A stretch of DNA of 64,000 nucleotides. Source: a virus (Duplodnaviria > Caudoviricetes). Each line of letters opens with the position of its first letter. Position 1 is the stretch's first letter. The position numbers and the translations under genes were made by a program. The notes beneath the pieces are model-generated. The model searched no databases. It worked only from the letters and a program-made list of their open reading frames with translations, and was not told where the DNA came from. Shown one piece after another: positions 1 to 9,197 of the stretch. Where the stretch lies: IMG/VR virus record IMGVR_UViG_2913409695_000001, positions 2,181-66,180 of that record; one strand, 5' to 3'.

Positions 1-2
1 AT

Positions 3-398
3 TTAAATAAAAATTTCATCTCTTTCACTGAGCAGTTCCGTTTCGGTGATTGTAAAAACAAGTCCCCATTGCCTTTTGATTTCGCAGTTGAATGTAAATC
101 ATCATCAGAAGTTACAGTCCTAATTGAGTATGATGGAGAACAACACTTTCGCCCGGTAGACTTCGCAGGTCGCGGTGAAAAGTGGGCGGACCGCCAATTT
201 CGCCAAACTCAACGCAACGACCGCATTAAAACGGATTACTGCCGCGCTAACGGCATCCCGTTAATACGGATCGACTACACGCAGTTCGATGAGATTGAGG
301 CGATATTAACTCGTGAATTAACGAAGTACGGCGTTATATCAGGCGAAACAGGCAATCGCTTGACTGACGAAAATACTACGGAAAAGGTATCCGCATAA
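3..398 (+). CDS. C-terminal part of a Vsr/DUF559-like PD-(D/E)XK endonuclease (5' truncated by window)
   Basis: Frame is open from base 3: FTEQFRFGDCKNKSPLPFDF...LIEYDGEQHF...NDRIKTDYCRANGIPLIRI, typical of phage free-standing endonucleases. Confidence 0.75.
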   Translation, partial: LNKNFISFTEQFRFGDCKNKSPLPFDFAVECKSSSEVTVLIEYDGEQHFRPVDFAGRGEKWADRQFRQTQRNDRIKTDYCRANGIPLIRIDYTQFDEIEAILTRELTKYGVISGETGNRLTDENTTEKVSA

Positions 399-488
399 CT
401 TGCGTTTGCACTATTATACACTTACGAAAGTATAGCGTAAACAATCCGTTTCCAATTCCGTTAAATCAGCGTTCCTTAAATCTCACCG

Positions 489-584
489 TAAAATCACCGT
501 GAAATTAACGTTTAAATTGTCCGAGGGGCATAAACGTACCCCTCACGTACCAAACACGCTAATTTCACGTTGAAATCACGCTAA
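489..584 (+). repeat. first copy of a dispersed, imperfectly palindromic element
   Basis: TAAAATCACCGTGAAAT-N52-GCTAATTTCACGTTGAAATCACGCTAA. Confidence 0.8.
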
Positions 585-904
585 TTTCACGGAGGTGATT
601 CGAAGGTCGGCGGGCGGCGGCGCATCGGGACGGTTTTATCTTTATCTTTTCTTTCTTAACGCGCCACCAATATCTGTGTTATATATCTCGATTCGGTACG
701 GTTTTTGTACCGGAGCGATACGAAGTTATGAACGTAGTGAATAACTGAGTAAAGATATTTAGATCTTTTAAAGACTTTAATATCTTTAAAAGATTTAATA
801 AAATAACACATATTCGCCGAGTTGTCAACTATTATTTTTATCCGCGGTAAAATTGGAAATTAATCATTTGCACTATTTTACACATTATCGAAGGAGGACG
901 CGGT

Positions 905-1300
905 ATGAAGAAATCGGAATTGGAAACGGAACGCCTGCGACTACTCTCGCTCGCCAACGATCTAGCACGCGAACATTGGGACGTTGACTATACGGGAACT
1001 CTCGTCCTACGCGATTACGAGTGGCGTCATCAATGGGCGGCATTTGCGTGGAGTAACGACGGTATTAAGGTTGAAATCCGCATGTCCGCGCCAACTAATG
1101 TGAAACTCGGTCCGGAACTGACACGCGGTAATCTCCTGCACGAACTCGTACACTGGCGGCTGTGGTCGCAGGGTGTCCCGTGTGACGACCGTGACGAGAC
1201 GTTCATAGCCGAGTGCCTACGCGTCGGGGCACCGCTATCCCACGACAGGTATGCGCAGAAGGCGTACGAAGAATATATGCGAAAGGTGGGCGCGGCATGA
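905..1300 (+). CDS. SprT-like zinc metalloprotease
   Basis: AAGGAGG SD; HELVH (HExxH) motif followed by D..F...C..VGA. Confidence 0.65.
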   Translation: MKKSELETERLRLLSLANDLAREHWDVDYTGTLVLRDYEWRHQWAAFAWSNDGIKVEIRMSAPTNVKLGPELTRGNLLHELVHWRLWSQGVPCDDRDETFIAECLRVGAPLSHDRYAQKAYEEYMRKVGAA

Positions 1301-1629
1301 AACTAACGAAGTTTCCCGTAACGGCTCCGGACGGCGCTGAATACCGCGTAACGATTCGCGAAGTTGAGAGCGATATGTTCACCGATTATGTTACCGTCAA
1401 GTTACAGGAAAGACGTAAACGATTCGGTTACCGTACGATTTTCCAACGCGACTATTATGATGGTCACGGCGTATACAGCGCGACCGATCCGGACCTTATC
1501 GGCATTGCCACGCGAGTTGTTATAGGATACACCGCGATGATGGAAGAAAATTTACGTAGGTCCGAAGCTCGCCGCGCATTTACCGAATGGGACGGCCGCA
1601 TCACATTAAACGAGGAGGTTACGCAATGA
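1297..1629 (+). CDS. hypothetical phage protein
   Basis: ATG overlaps previous stop (ATGA); MKLTKFPVTAPDG... Confidence 0.65.
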   Translation: MKLTKFPVTAPDGAEYRVTIREVESDMFTDYVTVKLQERRKRFGYRTIFQRDYYDGHGVYSATDPDLIGIATRVVIGYTAMMEENLRRSEARRAFTEWDGRITLNEEVTQ

Positions 1630-1976
1630 ACGTTAAACTCACGCAAGACTACGCACTCACATCGAATGAATTGAACTTTATCGTACGCGAACGCTACATC
1701 GTTGACCCTACGCGAGCGCCCGGCTATAAAGCGCCCGAGGACGGCAGCATTCCGGAAACACGCGAAAAATGGCGCGATGCCGGTTATTACCCGTTAACGT
1801 CCGCAGGCCTCACCGCGCTAATCGATTCGGTGCGTATGCGAACGGTCGCGCGATCGGATGCGGCGAGCTTGGCGGAATTGCGCGACGTGGTACGGGCGGC
1901 AACTAACGAGATGGTCGCGGCGATTAACGGTGAGCTGACGCTTGAGTTTAAGGTGGCGCAACATTTGTATAATTAA
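1626..1976 (+). CDS. hypothetical phage protein
   Basis: GAGGAGG SD, ATGA overlap; MNVKLTQDY... Confidence 0.65.
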   Translation: MNVKLTQDYALTSNELNFIVRERYIVDPTRAPGYKAPEDGSIPETREKWRDAGYYPLTSAGLTALIDSVRMRTVARSDAASLAELRDVVRAATNEMVAAINGELTLEFKVAQHLYN

Positions 1977-1995
1977 TAGTATAAGGGGTGAACGC

Positions 1996-2445
1996 ATGAC
2001 CGATTATCACCGTCATTTTACCGATGTTGACGCGCAGGAGTGTTGCACTACGCTCCGGACGGATGAGCGAAACGATAGATTGATAGATAGTTTAATAGTT
2101 GAAAGTTCGGATTATGTTATGGAAAGGAGCGGTTCGATTATACAAACTGATACTTCACGCTATGAAATACTGCAAGATATCGATAAAGCGTTAGAACGTA
2201 TGGAAAGAAAGGGATATAGGGATACCGTTCATTATGAGAGGTTGAAGGCTAAAAGAGATGCAATTGCGAGTGGAAAACCATATTTCAAATATGATGTAGC
2301 TCCATTTTTGATTGCTTATGTAGGCTCTTGCATTCCTGAGTGTAACTCCAAAGATGTAGAGCGCAAGAATTTGATTAAGCCCCGTGGCGACAGGACAAAA
2401 GCGGTTGTTTCTACTGTCACAGAAATATCTAAGTATCACCATTAA
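1996..2445 (+). CDS. hypothetical protein
   Basis: AAGGGGTG SD before ATG; AT-richer composition. Confidence 0.55.
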   Translation: MTDYHRHFTDVDAQECCTTLRTDERNDRLIDSLIVESSDYVMERSGSIIQTDTSRYEILQDIDKALERMERKGYRDTVHYERLKAKRDAIASGKPYFKYDVAPFLIAYVGSCIPECNSKDVERKNLIKPRGDRTKAVVSTVTEISKYHH

Positions 2446-2467
2446 GAAATGGCGGAGGTAATTCAAT

Positions 2468-2635
2468 TTGAAAAATAATTATTACGCCTTCTGTAAAACG
2501 GAATGCCTGAAATATAAAAACTGCAAAGGCAAAGACGATTGCTCGGGTTGGGAAGGTAAGTCAGTTCCGATTTGGGCTTGCATAGAAACTGTTAATAAAT
2601 TAACCAAAAGGGCTGCATGTGAAACGGATATGTAA
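2468..2635 (+). CDS. small Cys-rich hypothetical protein (55 aa)
   Basis: GGAGG SD, TTG start; MKNNYYAFCKTECLKYKNCKGKDDC...; below ORF-track cutoff. Confidence 0.5.
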   Translation: MKNNYYAFCKTECLKYKNCKGKDDCSGWEGKSVPIWACIETVNKLTKRAACETDM

Positions 2636-2720
2636 TTATGGGACTTGGTGAATGGTAATGGAAAAGTTTATAGGGAGAGGGATTAAGGCTTAACCTACCC
2701 ATACCAGGAGGGATACAAAG

Positions 2721-3110
2721 ATGACACGCGCTAAAATCACGGCCGAACAACGCGCCGACTGGCGTAACCTCGCGCTCGAACATTGGAACACCCGCACGAT
2801 CCACGCGATGGTCGCCGATCTCAACGCGGAGAAATACGGCGTTGACAAGTACGTTCCTATGCGCGGGTGGACGTTTGAGCAGGCGTTAATCAAGCGGGCT
2901 CTCACCGAATATGGAGCGGAAAATTTACGCGAGACAATCGAGCGCGCATTCGCAGAGCACCGTGTTAGTCGCGAGTATCCGCAACTGACGGCCGGCTTTC
3001 TCATCGCGTATATGTTACCGCGGATTATGCCGCAAGTCTTGGCGGACAGGCAGCGCCGAGACCGGATGGCGGGCGGACCGAGTGATGACGAGATTATCGG
3101 TTATCTTTAA
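2721..3110 (+). CDS. hypothetical protein (replication-associated position)
   Basis: AGGAGG SD; 129 aa. Confidence 0.65.
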   Translation: MTRAKITAEQRADWRNLALEHWNTRTIHAMVADLNAEKYGVDKYVPMRGWTFEQALIKRALTEYGAENLRETIERAFAEHRVSREYPQLTAGFLIAYMLPRIMPQVLADRQRRDRMAGGPSDDEIIGYL

Positions 3111-3306
3111 CGAACTCGACTACGTCTTCAATGCGGCAGTCTAACGCTTCGCAAATGCGCGCGATAACTTCTAACGCGACCCATTCGTTTTTGTTCATTT
3201 TCGTAAACGTGTTCGGTGCGATACCGGTTGCTTCGCGGAGGGAGGCAAACGTCATATCGCGCTGGACTAACGTTATCTTTAATGGTTTATAGCTTGGAAT
3301 TAGCAT
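3094..3306 (-). CDS. Cro/C1-type HTH transcriptional regulator
   Basis: SYKPLKITL...LREATGIAPNTFTKMNKNEWVALEVIARICEALDCRIEDVVE; AAGGAG SD. Confidence 0.85.
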   Translation of the reverse strand: MLIPSYKPLKITLVQRDMTFASLREATGIAPNTFTKMNKNEWVALEVIARICEALDCRIEDVVEFVKDNR

Positions 3307-3642
3307 AGTTTATTCACTCCTTATGTCTTTCTAAATTATAGCATTCCCAACAATACGCAAACAATTCATAACTTCTTGAGATTATATGTTGACATCTCGC
3401 GATTATGAGTATAATATTGGAAATAAGAACAAGCGTCTACAAACGATTGACCATATATACCCTCTCTAATCTACGCCATATAATTCGGACAACCTCTTCG
3501 TCCGACCACACACCAAAACCTCCGCAAAATGTCACGGAAATGAGCGTACCACTTACGTCGATCCGATGATAAGCCTCGCCGACCCATTCGGCAGGCGCGT
3601 GAGGCTGTTTGTGTTTTATATTTAAAAAGGAGCTGACCGCAC

Positions 3643-3789
3643 ATGATGGTCGTTGATTTCACCGAATGTCCTCCACGTATGTTCTTGTTTCTCGCAGATA
3701 TGGCGCAGGACAATCCGAAATTACAACTTATTTGGAAACGCAATTACGAGCGCATAATTAACGGAGGTGATCGACATAAGTCACGCTAA
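3643..3789 (+). CDS. small hypothetical protein (48 aa)
   Basis: AAAAGGAG SD; MMVVDFTECPPRMFLFLADM... Confidence 0.5.
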   Translation: MMVVDFTECPPRMFLFLADMAQDNPKLQLIWKRNYERIINGGDRHKSR

Positions 3790-4537
3790 TAACTGCATAC
3801 TACGCGAACCGTGCAAACTCGCAAACTCCGAAACATGTAACCGGAGGTGTCCGTCATATATCACGTTACACGGTTACGACGGTAGAGGTGGTCGAATTGG
3901 GGCCGCAGGAGTTCCATCCGAATATCGGATGCTCACCGTTAAAAATTCGCCAGCTAGAGCGGAACAGGAACGCGCGTATAAAATAATCGATGCTTACGTC
4001 AGCACATTCGGACGGCAATTTGAAGACAACGCAGACGAGCCGGTTAAATCGCTATATCTTTACTCGGAAGCGCCAGGAACCGGTAAGACAACGACAGCCG
4101 CCGCGGTTCTTAACGAATATCTCATCGCACATTATATCGGATCGCTTAAGCGTAACCGGCAAGCGTTAGAACGTCCCGTATACTTTCTCGATGTGAACGC
4201 GTGGCAGACGGATTTTAACGCGTTTAACAGACCGCGTGTTCCCGAAGAAGTCGCAGCACCCGCGGGTGAACGTTATTACCGCGCACAACGAATCGCGATG
4301 AGCGTGCCGTTTTTGGTCGCCGACGATATTGGCGTTAGGGACGCGACAGATGCGTTCAGAGCGGATTTACACGCGATTATTAACGGACGAGTGACGGCGG
4401 GACTTCCGACCGTATTTACGTCAAACGTCCCACTTACCGAACTCGACCGCGTGTTCGACCCGAGACTATATGACCGTATTCGCGACTTATGCGTAACAAT
4501 ATTGTTCGAAGGCACGTCAAAAAGGGGGATGCGATAA
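3776..4537 (+). CDS. DnaC/IstB-like AAA+ helicase loader (probable ATA start)
   Basis: N-terminal Cys cluster; Walker A PGTGKTT; Walker B LVADDIG; TVFTSN; the GTG at 3767 lies inside the SD, ATA at 3776 is 8 nt after GGAGG. Confidence 0.8.
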   Translation: MSHANNCILREPCKLANSETCNRRCPSYITLHGYDGRGGRIGAAGVPSEYRMLTVKNSPARAEQERAYKIIDAYVSTFGRQFEDNADEPVKSLYLYSEAPGTGKTTTAAAVLNEYLIAHYIGSLKRNRQALERPVYFLDVNAWQTDFNAFNRPRVPEEVAAPAGERYYRAQRIAMSVPFLVADDIGVRDATDAFRADLHAIINGRVTAGLPTVFTSNVPLTELDRVFDPRLYDRIRDLCVTILFEGTSKRGMR

Positions 4538-4539
4538 AA

Positions 4540-5883
4540 ATGTCCGTAGGGGAAACGCTGATCTCGAAGGTACTCGATACAAACGATGTCGCAGCGTTCA
4601 GCCGATTCGGGGTTGACCGTGAGCACTTTGCGACAGAATTGGAACGCGGAATATACGATTTCGTTCGTGAATATGCAGCTACGAACCGAGGGCAGGCGCC
4701 AAGTTATGCGGTCGTTACCGAACAATTTCCGGACTTCGTGTATATCCCGAACGTAACGGACTCATACGAGTACCTTGCGCGAAAATTAAAGGATACGGAA
4801 GGAAAACGGAGAATAGCAGAGTTTATGAACGTAGAAGTACCGAAACTATTCGATTCTTCCGATTCAGAAACGTTCATATCGACTTTGATAGGCGAACTAG
4901 AATCTATTAAAATGAGAACATCAGTTCGCAAAAACGTAGGAACGGACATTAAATATGCCGCAGCCGATTTCCTAGCGGAATTTGAAAGACGTCGCGATGG
5001 AAAGTCATTTAAAATATGGCCGAGTAAATTCCCATCTGTTAATAAAGCGATCGGAGGCGGCTACTTCTCCGGAAACGTATATTCGTGGTTCGGACGGTCG
5101 GGACGCGGTAAATCCGTGTTAACGATGGAGGACGCGCTAGAGGCCGCGTGTAACGGCGCTAACGTTCTCGTATGGGCGATGGAAATGTCTAAATACGAGT
5201 GGATGGCGCGAGCCTATACGTCATTATCAGCGCGTGATGGCATTGTCAAAGCGATGGTCGACGGCGTTGAACATGACGCAGGATTCGAAAATCGCGCGTT
5301 ATTATCCGGCAGTCTATCGGAAGAGTTCGAAGAAGGATTACGCAAATTTGCGTCGGCACTTCCAGAGAATGTGGCAGGACGCATCATACTCCGCGCAGTT
5401 GACGATATTGACTTCCGCGAGAGAAGCCTGCGTCAATTAGAAGCGGACATTATCGAAACGAAGGCGGATGTCGTCGTAATCGATCCAATTTATTATATGG
5501 ATTTCGAAGCGAACACGTCTCGAGTAGCTGGCGGTGACGTTGCGGCAACTTCCAAAGGATTACGTAGAATTGCCGGAGCCACTGGCGCGGTAATACACGT
5601 TATCACACAGGCGGAAGAGAATCCGAATGAGAAGGCAGACGATGGGGCGCGCGAGTTGAAACCGCCGAAACGTGCGGATCTCAAAAAGAGTAAAGCAATT
5701 CTCGAAGACTCTGCGCTCGTTATCGCGATTGATACGTTAGTGCAGGAAGGACGCGGAATTATCGAACTCGGAAAAGGACGTAATGGCGGCGAGGATACGC
5801 GCGTCGAGATTATATACTTACCAAACTTTGGTATCATACGCGAAATCGAACCAAACGCAGATCAATTCGAATCGATTTTCTAA
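4540..5883 (+). CDS. dnaB: replicative DNA helicase, DnaB family
   Basis: Walker A GRSGRGKS; WAMEM; VVVIDPIY; GKGRNGG. Confidence 0.85.
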   Translation: MSVGETLISKVLDTNDVAAFSRFGVDREHFATELERGIYDFVREYAATNRGQAPSYAVVTEQFPDFVYIPNVTDSYEYLARKLKDTEGKRRIAEFMNVEVPKLFDSSDSETFISTLIGELESIKMRTSVRKNVGTDIKYAAADFLAEFERRRDGKSFKIWPSKFPSVNKAIGGGYFSGNVYSWFGRSGRGKSVLTMEDALEAACNGANVLVWAMEMSKYEWMARAYTSLSARDGIVKAMVDGVEHDAGFENRALLSGSLSEEFEEGLRKFASALPENVAGRIILRAVDDIDFRERSLRQLEADIIETKADVVVIDPIYYMDFEANTSRVAGGDVAATSKGLRRIAGATGAVIHVITQAEENPNEKADDGARELKPPKRADLKKSKAILEDSALVIAIDTLVQEGRGIIELGKGRNGGEDTRVEIIYLPNFGIIREIEPNADQFESIF

Positions 5884-5932
5884 TCTGAGGCGGCCTTTGG
5901 TATAATTTTCTAAAGAGGAGGTGGTGGCGTAT

Positions 5933-6091
5933 ATGTTAGGTTTTAAGATTGTATGCAACAGTTGCGGAAAGGAAACACTTTTTATTCCTGGCGACCAGCC
6001 TAAAGAAAAGCCTATCGTCATTCAAACGGAAAAGGATTACCTGGCACTTTCCTGCGGATGCGGGAACATGGCAGGGGATAAAACGGGATAA
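5933..6091 (+). CDS. small zinc-ribbon protein (52 aa)
   Basis: AAGAGGAGG SD, extended -10 TGGTATAAT upstream; CNSC...CGC. Confidence 0.55.
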   Translation: MLGFKIVCNSCGKETLFIPGDQPKEKPIVIQTEKDYLALSCGCGNMAGDKTG

Positions 6092-6186
6092 GAAAGGTGC
6101 GGTAATACGTAGTTCGACTATATAGTGACATAACAAATAAAATGGGTATTCCACCATATAACCCGAATAAAAGGAGGTTCCCCTAA

Positions 6187-7158
6187 ATGCAGATAGACGT
6201 ACGCGAAGAACTGGAACAATTCGAATGGACGCGCGCAACTTGGACGGATGACCGTTTAACCGCAGCCTCTCCGTTCCGTTACGATTCGCACCCGTCATTC
6301 TACGTTTACCTAACAAATACGTCTACCGCAAACGCCGGCAATTGGGGCGACCCAGGCGCGACCGACGCTGAATATCAACGCGGCGGCATCGTTAAGCTAC
6401 TCGCATTCTTGCGGAACGAAACCACGGCGGAAACGCTCGACTATCTGCGGTCGAAGTACGGCAATACCGGTGATAATGCGGAAGAGGAGCCAAAGTTAAG
6501 GCCGCTTAATTTAACGCTTGCTGAGCCGTATCGACCGTTAGATATACGGATGCTGGACGCGTACAATTTCCGCCATCCGTACTTAACCGAGCGCGGCATT
6601 ACGGAGCCTGTTCAAAGGTTGATGCGCATCGGATATGACCGCGATAGAAAAGCGGTAGTCATTCCGTGGTTCAATCCGAATGGAACGCTCGGCGCGATTA
6701 AATTCCGTAAAGTAGGCGAAAAAACGTTTTGGTACGCGAAAGGTGGACGTCCGATCCGCGAAATGGTGTACGGACTTGACGTGATATACCGCAAACGAAT
6801 CCGCCGAGCTGCGATAGTCGAATCGGAAACGGACGCGATGACGCTAATGTCCGCGGGGATTCCTGCGATCGCGACTGGCGGTGCGAAATCGTTCAACGCG
6901 ATTAAACGCGATATGATACTGCGGTCGCCTATCGAAGAGTTAATCGTAATACGCGATAACGATGCGGCGGGGCGTGCGTGGCGGAATCGAGTTGTTGGCG
7001 AATTGGTTGGAAGAATTAGGGTACAAATTGTGTTAATTCCGCTGTTGCATAAAGATGTAAACGAGCTTATGCTAGGATTAGGCATTGATGCTCTAAAAGC
7101 AAAAGTAAATAGGTCTAGGGACATAAACGGTTTTGCGCGACTACGTACAGTTTGTTGA
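6187..7158 (+). CDS. DNA primase (TOPRIM)
   Basis: IVESETDAM; DNDAAG; KDVNE; degenerate zinc domain SPFRYDSHPSF. Confidence 0.85.
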   Translation: MQIDVREELEQFEWTRATWTDDRLTAASPFRYDSHPSFYVYLTNTSTANAGNWGDPGATDAEYQRGGIVKLLAFLRNETTAETLDYLRSKYGNTGDNAEEEPKLRPLNLTLAEPYRPLDIRMLDAYNFRHPYLTERGITEPVQRLMRIGYDRDRKAVVIPWFNPNGTLGAIKFRKVGEKTFWYAKGGRPIREMVYGLDVIYRKRIRRAAIVESETDAMTLMSAGIPAIATGGAKSFNAIKRDMILRSPIEELIVIRDNDAAGRAWRNRVVGELVGRIRVQIVLIPLLHKDVNELMLGLGIDALKAKVNRSRDINGFARLRTVC

Positions 7159-7210
7159 CAATGCGGCTGGACGAGCACTTCGAAGCAGCTTGTAAAAAAT
7201 AATTTGGTAT

Positions 7211-7242
7211 ATGTCCCAATTTTTAAAAAGCTTGTCCGTATA
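7211..7242 (+). promoter_or_regulatory. bipartite motif ATGTCCCAA-N13-TGTCCGTATA, candidate phage-sigma promoter
   Basis: Identical boxes and spacing recur at 21602-21633. Confidence 0.55.
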
Positions 7243-7274
7243 TATGTATAACGAATAAAAGGAGATGATGATCT

Positions 7275-7850
7275 TTGGAAGAACAACAACTGAATATGAT
7301 GGCCCAAAAAGCACAAATGGGTGACGCGGAAGCATTGTGGGGTATAAAGGCACACTTCCAACCGCACATACACCGATTATCTGAGATCAGCCGAAATCAA
7401 ATCAGTAGTCAATGTGACTTCGAGGAAGACTGTTTCAAACGGATTGACGAGGCTGTGAAAATCTTCGACATAGAAAAAGGAAGATTCAGAGCTCTAGTTG
7501 AGGCAAAGTTGCGGGAAAGGTTAAACAGGTGGAAGAAGAGAAACATAACTAAAACAAGAAACTTTACTTCCGTACCAATTATATCTAAAGATGGAGAATG
7601 TTCCATAGATGTTAAAGACGATCGGGCAATTATTGAAGATAATATACTTGTAAATGAAGAAATCGCCTCCTTGGCGGGAGGCGACCTACGGAACTTGGCG
7701 ATTTTAAAATCTTGGACATATACGGGTAACAGCGATACCGCTACCGCTACTTTGTTGGCGCAAAGTTACGGAGGAAATGCGGAGTCGCACCGTAGATATA
7801 TCACCAGATTCAAATCGCAGTGTCAAACCACGTTGTTAAGTGCAGTTTGA
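7275..7850 (+). CDS. phage RNA polymerase sigma-70-family factor
   Basis: AQKAQMGDAEALW...DFEEDCFKRIDEAVKIFDIEKGRFRAL (region 2-like), C-terminal HTH-like; TTG start with AAAGGAG. Confidence 0.7.
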   Translation: MEEQQLNMMAQKAQMGDAEALWGIKAHFQPHIHRLSEISRNQISSQCDFEEDCFKRIDEAVKIFDIEKGRFRALVEAKLRERLNRWKKRNITKTRNFTSVPIISKDGECSIDVKDDRAIIEDNILVNEEIASLAGGDLRNLAILKSWTYTGNSDTATATLLAQSYGGNAESHRRYITRFKSQCQTTLLSAV

Positions 7851-7852
7851 GG

Positions 7853-7895
7853 AAAGCGGCAGTCGGTTCACTATCCGAGTTAGCGACTGCCTTTT
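7853..7895. terminator. probable bidirectional intrinsic terminator
   Basis: GGCAGTCG...CGACTGCC stem, TTTT after, AAAG before. Confidence 0.55.
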
Positions 7896-8024
7896 ACGGA
7901 TATAGGAATAAACCTTCAGGCATGAAGTTTATTCACTATTCCAACAGTAATTATATCATATATGGCAAGTCGTTTTAGTTAAAATAACCAAAATATTACC
8001 AGTTGCATACATCCGACATTTCAA

Positions 8025-8054
8025 ATTATATGCTTTTACGTTGCCTATTGTCAA
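8025..8054 (-). promoter_or_regulatory. sigma-A-type promoter firing leftwards
   Basis: TTGACA-18 nt-TATAAT on minus strand. Confidence 0.6.
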
Positions 8055-8102
8055 CATCAAATTATAACCAACTACTAATTATTATAACCGGAGGTGGCCA
8101 TC

Positions 8103-8261
8103 ATTAAACGTCCATACACGAATATTTTACGCAAGCCCACGCAGATAGTTTCAAAAAATTCACGCATTATTGACGCGCAGTATAGCGGAAGGTTCGAGGA
8201 ATACGAAGACCCTGCGGATTATTTCACGAAGCCGATCGCGATTGGGGTACGCATCGCTTAA
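8103..8261 (+). CDS. small hypothetical protein (probable ATT start)
   Basis: GGAGG 8 nt before ATT; (M)KRPYTNILRKPTQIVSK...IGVRIA. Confidence 0.45.
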   Translation: MKRPYTNILRKPTQIVSKNSRIIDAQYSGRFEEYEDPADYFTKPIAIGVRIA

Positions 8262-8387
8262 GCTTCCTATTCTACGCCGGCCGTGCGGCATCTCCCGAAA
8301 AGGTGCCGCGTTGCGGACGCAGAAATACGAGTCCGAGCGCCTGGCGGAGCGCAATATCCGACTATACCGATAAAGGAACGTGATTAA

Positions 8388-9176
8388 ATGTCAATGTTCA
8401 CAAAAGTAGGCGCAGCGGCTGCGGCAGCAACTAACGGAGATGATGGCGGTAAGGATAGCCCTATCGTGTCATTTAAATCCGGCAGCACGTACAAGGTCGG
8501 CGTCAGGTCAATTAATGATGTCGCGGAATACTTCGGTTATGGCATCTACGGCAAGGTCAACACGTTTGTGCCGAAATCTCCGGCAGTGCGTAACGCGAAA
8601 GGGTCCATACAGTCCGGCCACGGCGTATGGGACCGTGCATCCGACCTGCTATACGCTGACGCCAAAGTAGCAGAGGAGTCCGGTGCGAGCGAGGCTGACG
8701 TTAAGCCGACGAAAGATATGGCGTACTTGCTGCGTGGCAAAAAACGCTACCTGCGCGCCTTCTACGATTTGACGACAGGGCAGGACATTGTCATCGATTT
8801 GTCGCCGAACCAAGAAAAGGTTATCAAGGGCGCGATCGAAGAGAATATCGATGACCTCGACGCTATCGCTTTTAAACTCTCGAAGAAGGGAACGGGGCAA
8901 GGCGCCGTCGTATCGCTCAACGCTATCGTTAAAATGGAGCGTGATTTGACGGATGAGGAACGCGCCAACTTCGCCAAACTCGGTGATGAGCCGTTCGATC
9001 TCGCGGATTTCGAAACGTGCTTGTACGTTGCGGACGAAGATGAGCAGGTGAAGAATCTCGTAATCGCCGGATTCGATATCGCTCGTCTTGGACTGTCTAT
9101 CGGAGCAAGTGCGCAAGTTCCGGCACCTTCTAACGATGACGCGCCGCCTATTCCTGACGAAGACCTACCGTTCTAA
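8388..9176 (+). CDS. ssb: phage single-stranded DNA-binding protein
   Basis: Position between sigma and polymerase; acidic tail ending DEDLPF. Confidence 0.7.
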   Translation: MSMFTKVGAAAAAATNGDDGGKDSPIVSFKSGSTYKVGVRSINDVAEYFGYGIYGKVNTFVPKSPAVRNAKGSIQSGHGVWDRASDLLYADAKVAEESGASEADVKPTKDMAYLLRGKKRYLRAFYDLTTGQDIVIDLSPNQEKVIKGAIEENIDDLDAIAFKLSKKGTGQGAVVSLNAIVKMERDLTDEERANFAKLGDEPFDLADFETCLYVADEDEQVKNLVIAGFDIARLGLSIGASAQVPAPSNDDAPPIPDEDLPF

Positions 9177-9197
9177 TTAACGAAAGGAGGCGCGCCC

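Noticed and set aside
591-760. ORF after the GGAGG at 591
   Set aside because: No start codon at suitable spacing; translation is low-complexity
3555-3620. Hammerhead ribozyme (CCGATGA followed by a stem)
   Set aside because: No GAAA after the stem; better read as a terminator or attenuator hairpin
3767-3769. GTG start for the DnaC-like gene as given in the ORF track
   Set aside because: It overlaps the GGAGG SD itself; ATA at 3776 has normal spacing
6612-7373. 253-aa minus-strand ORF and many similar antisense ORFs (e.g. 14812-15393, 57098-57661)
   Set aside because: Shadows of well-supported + strand genes; no SD or motifs
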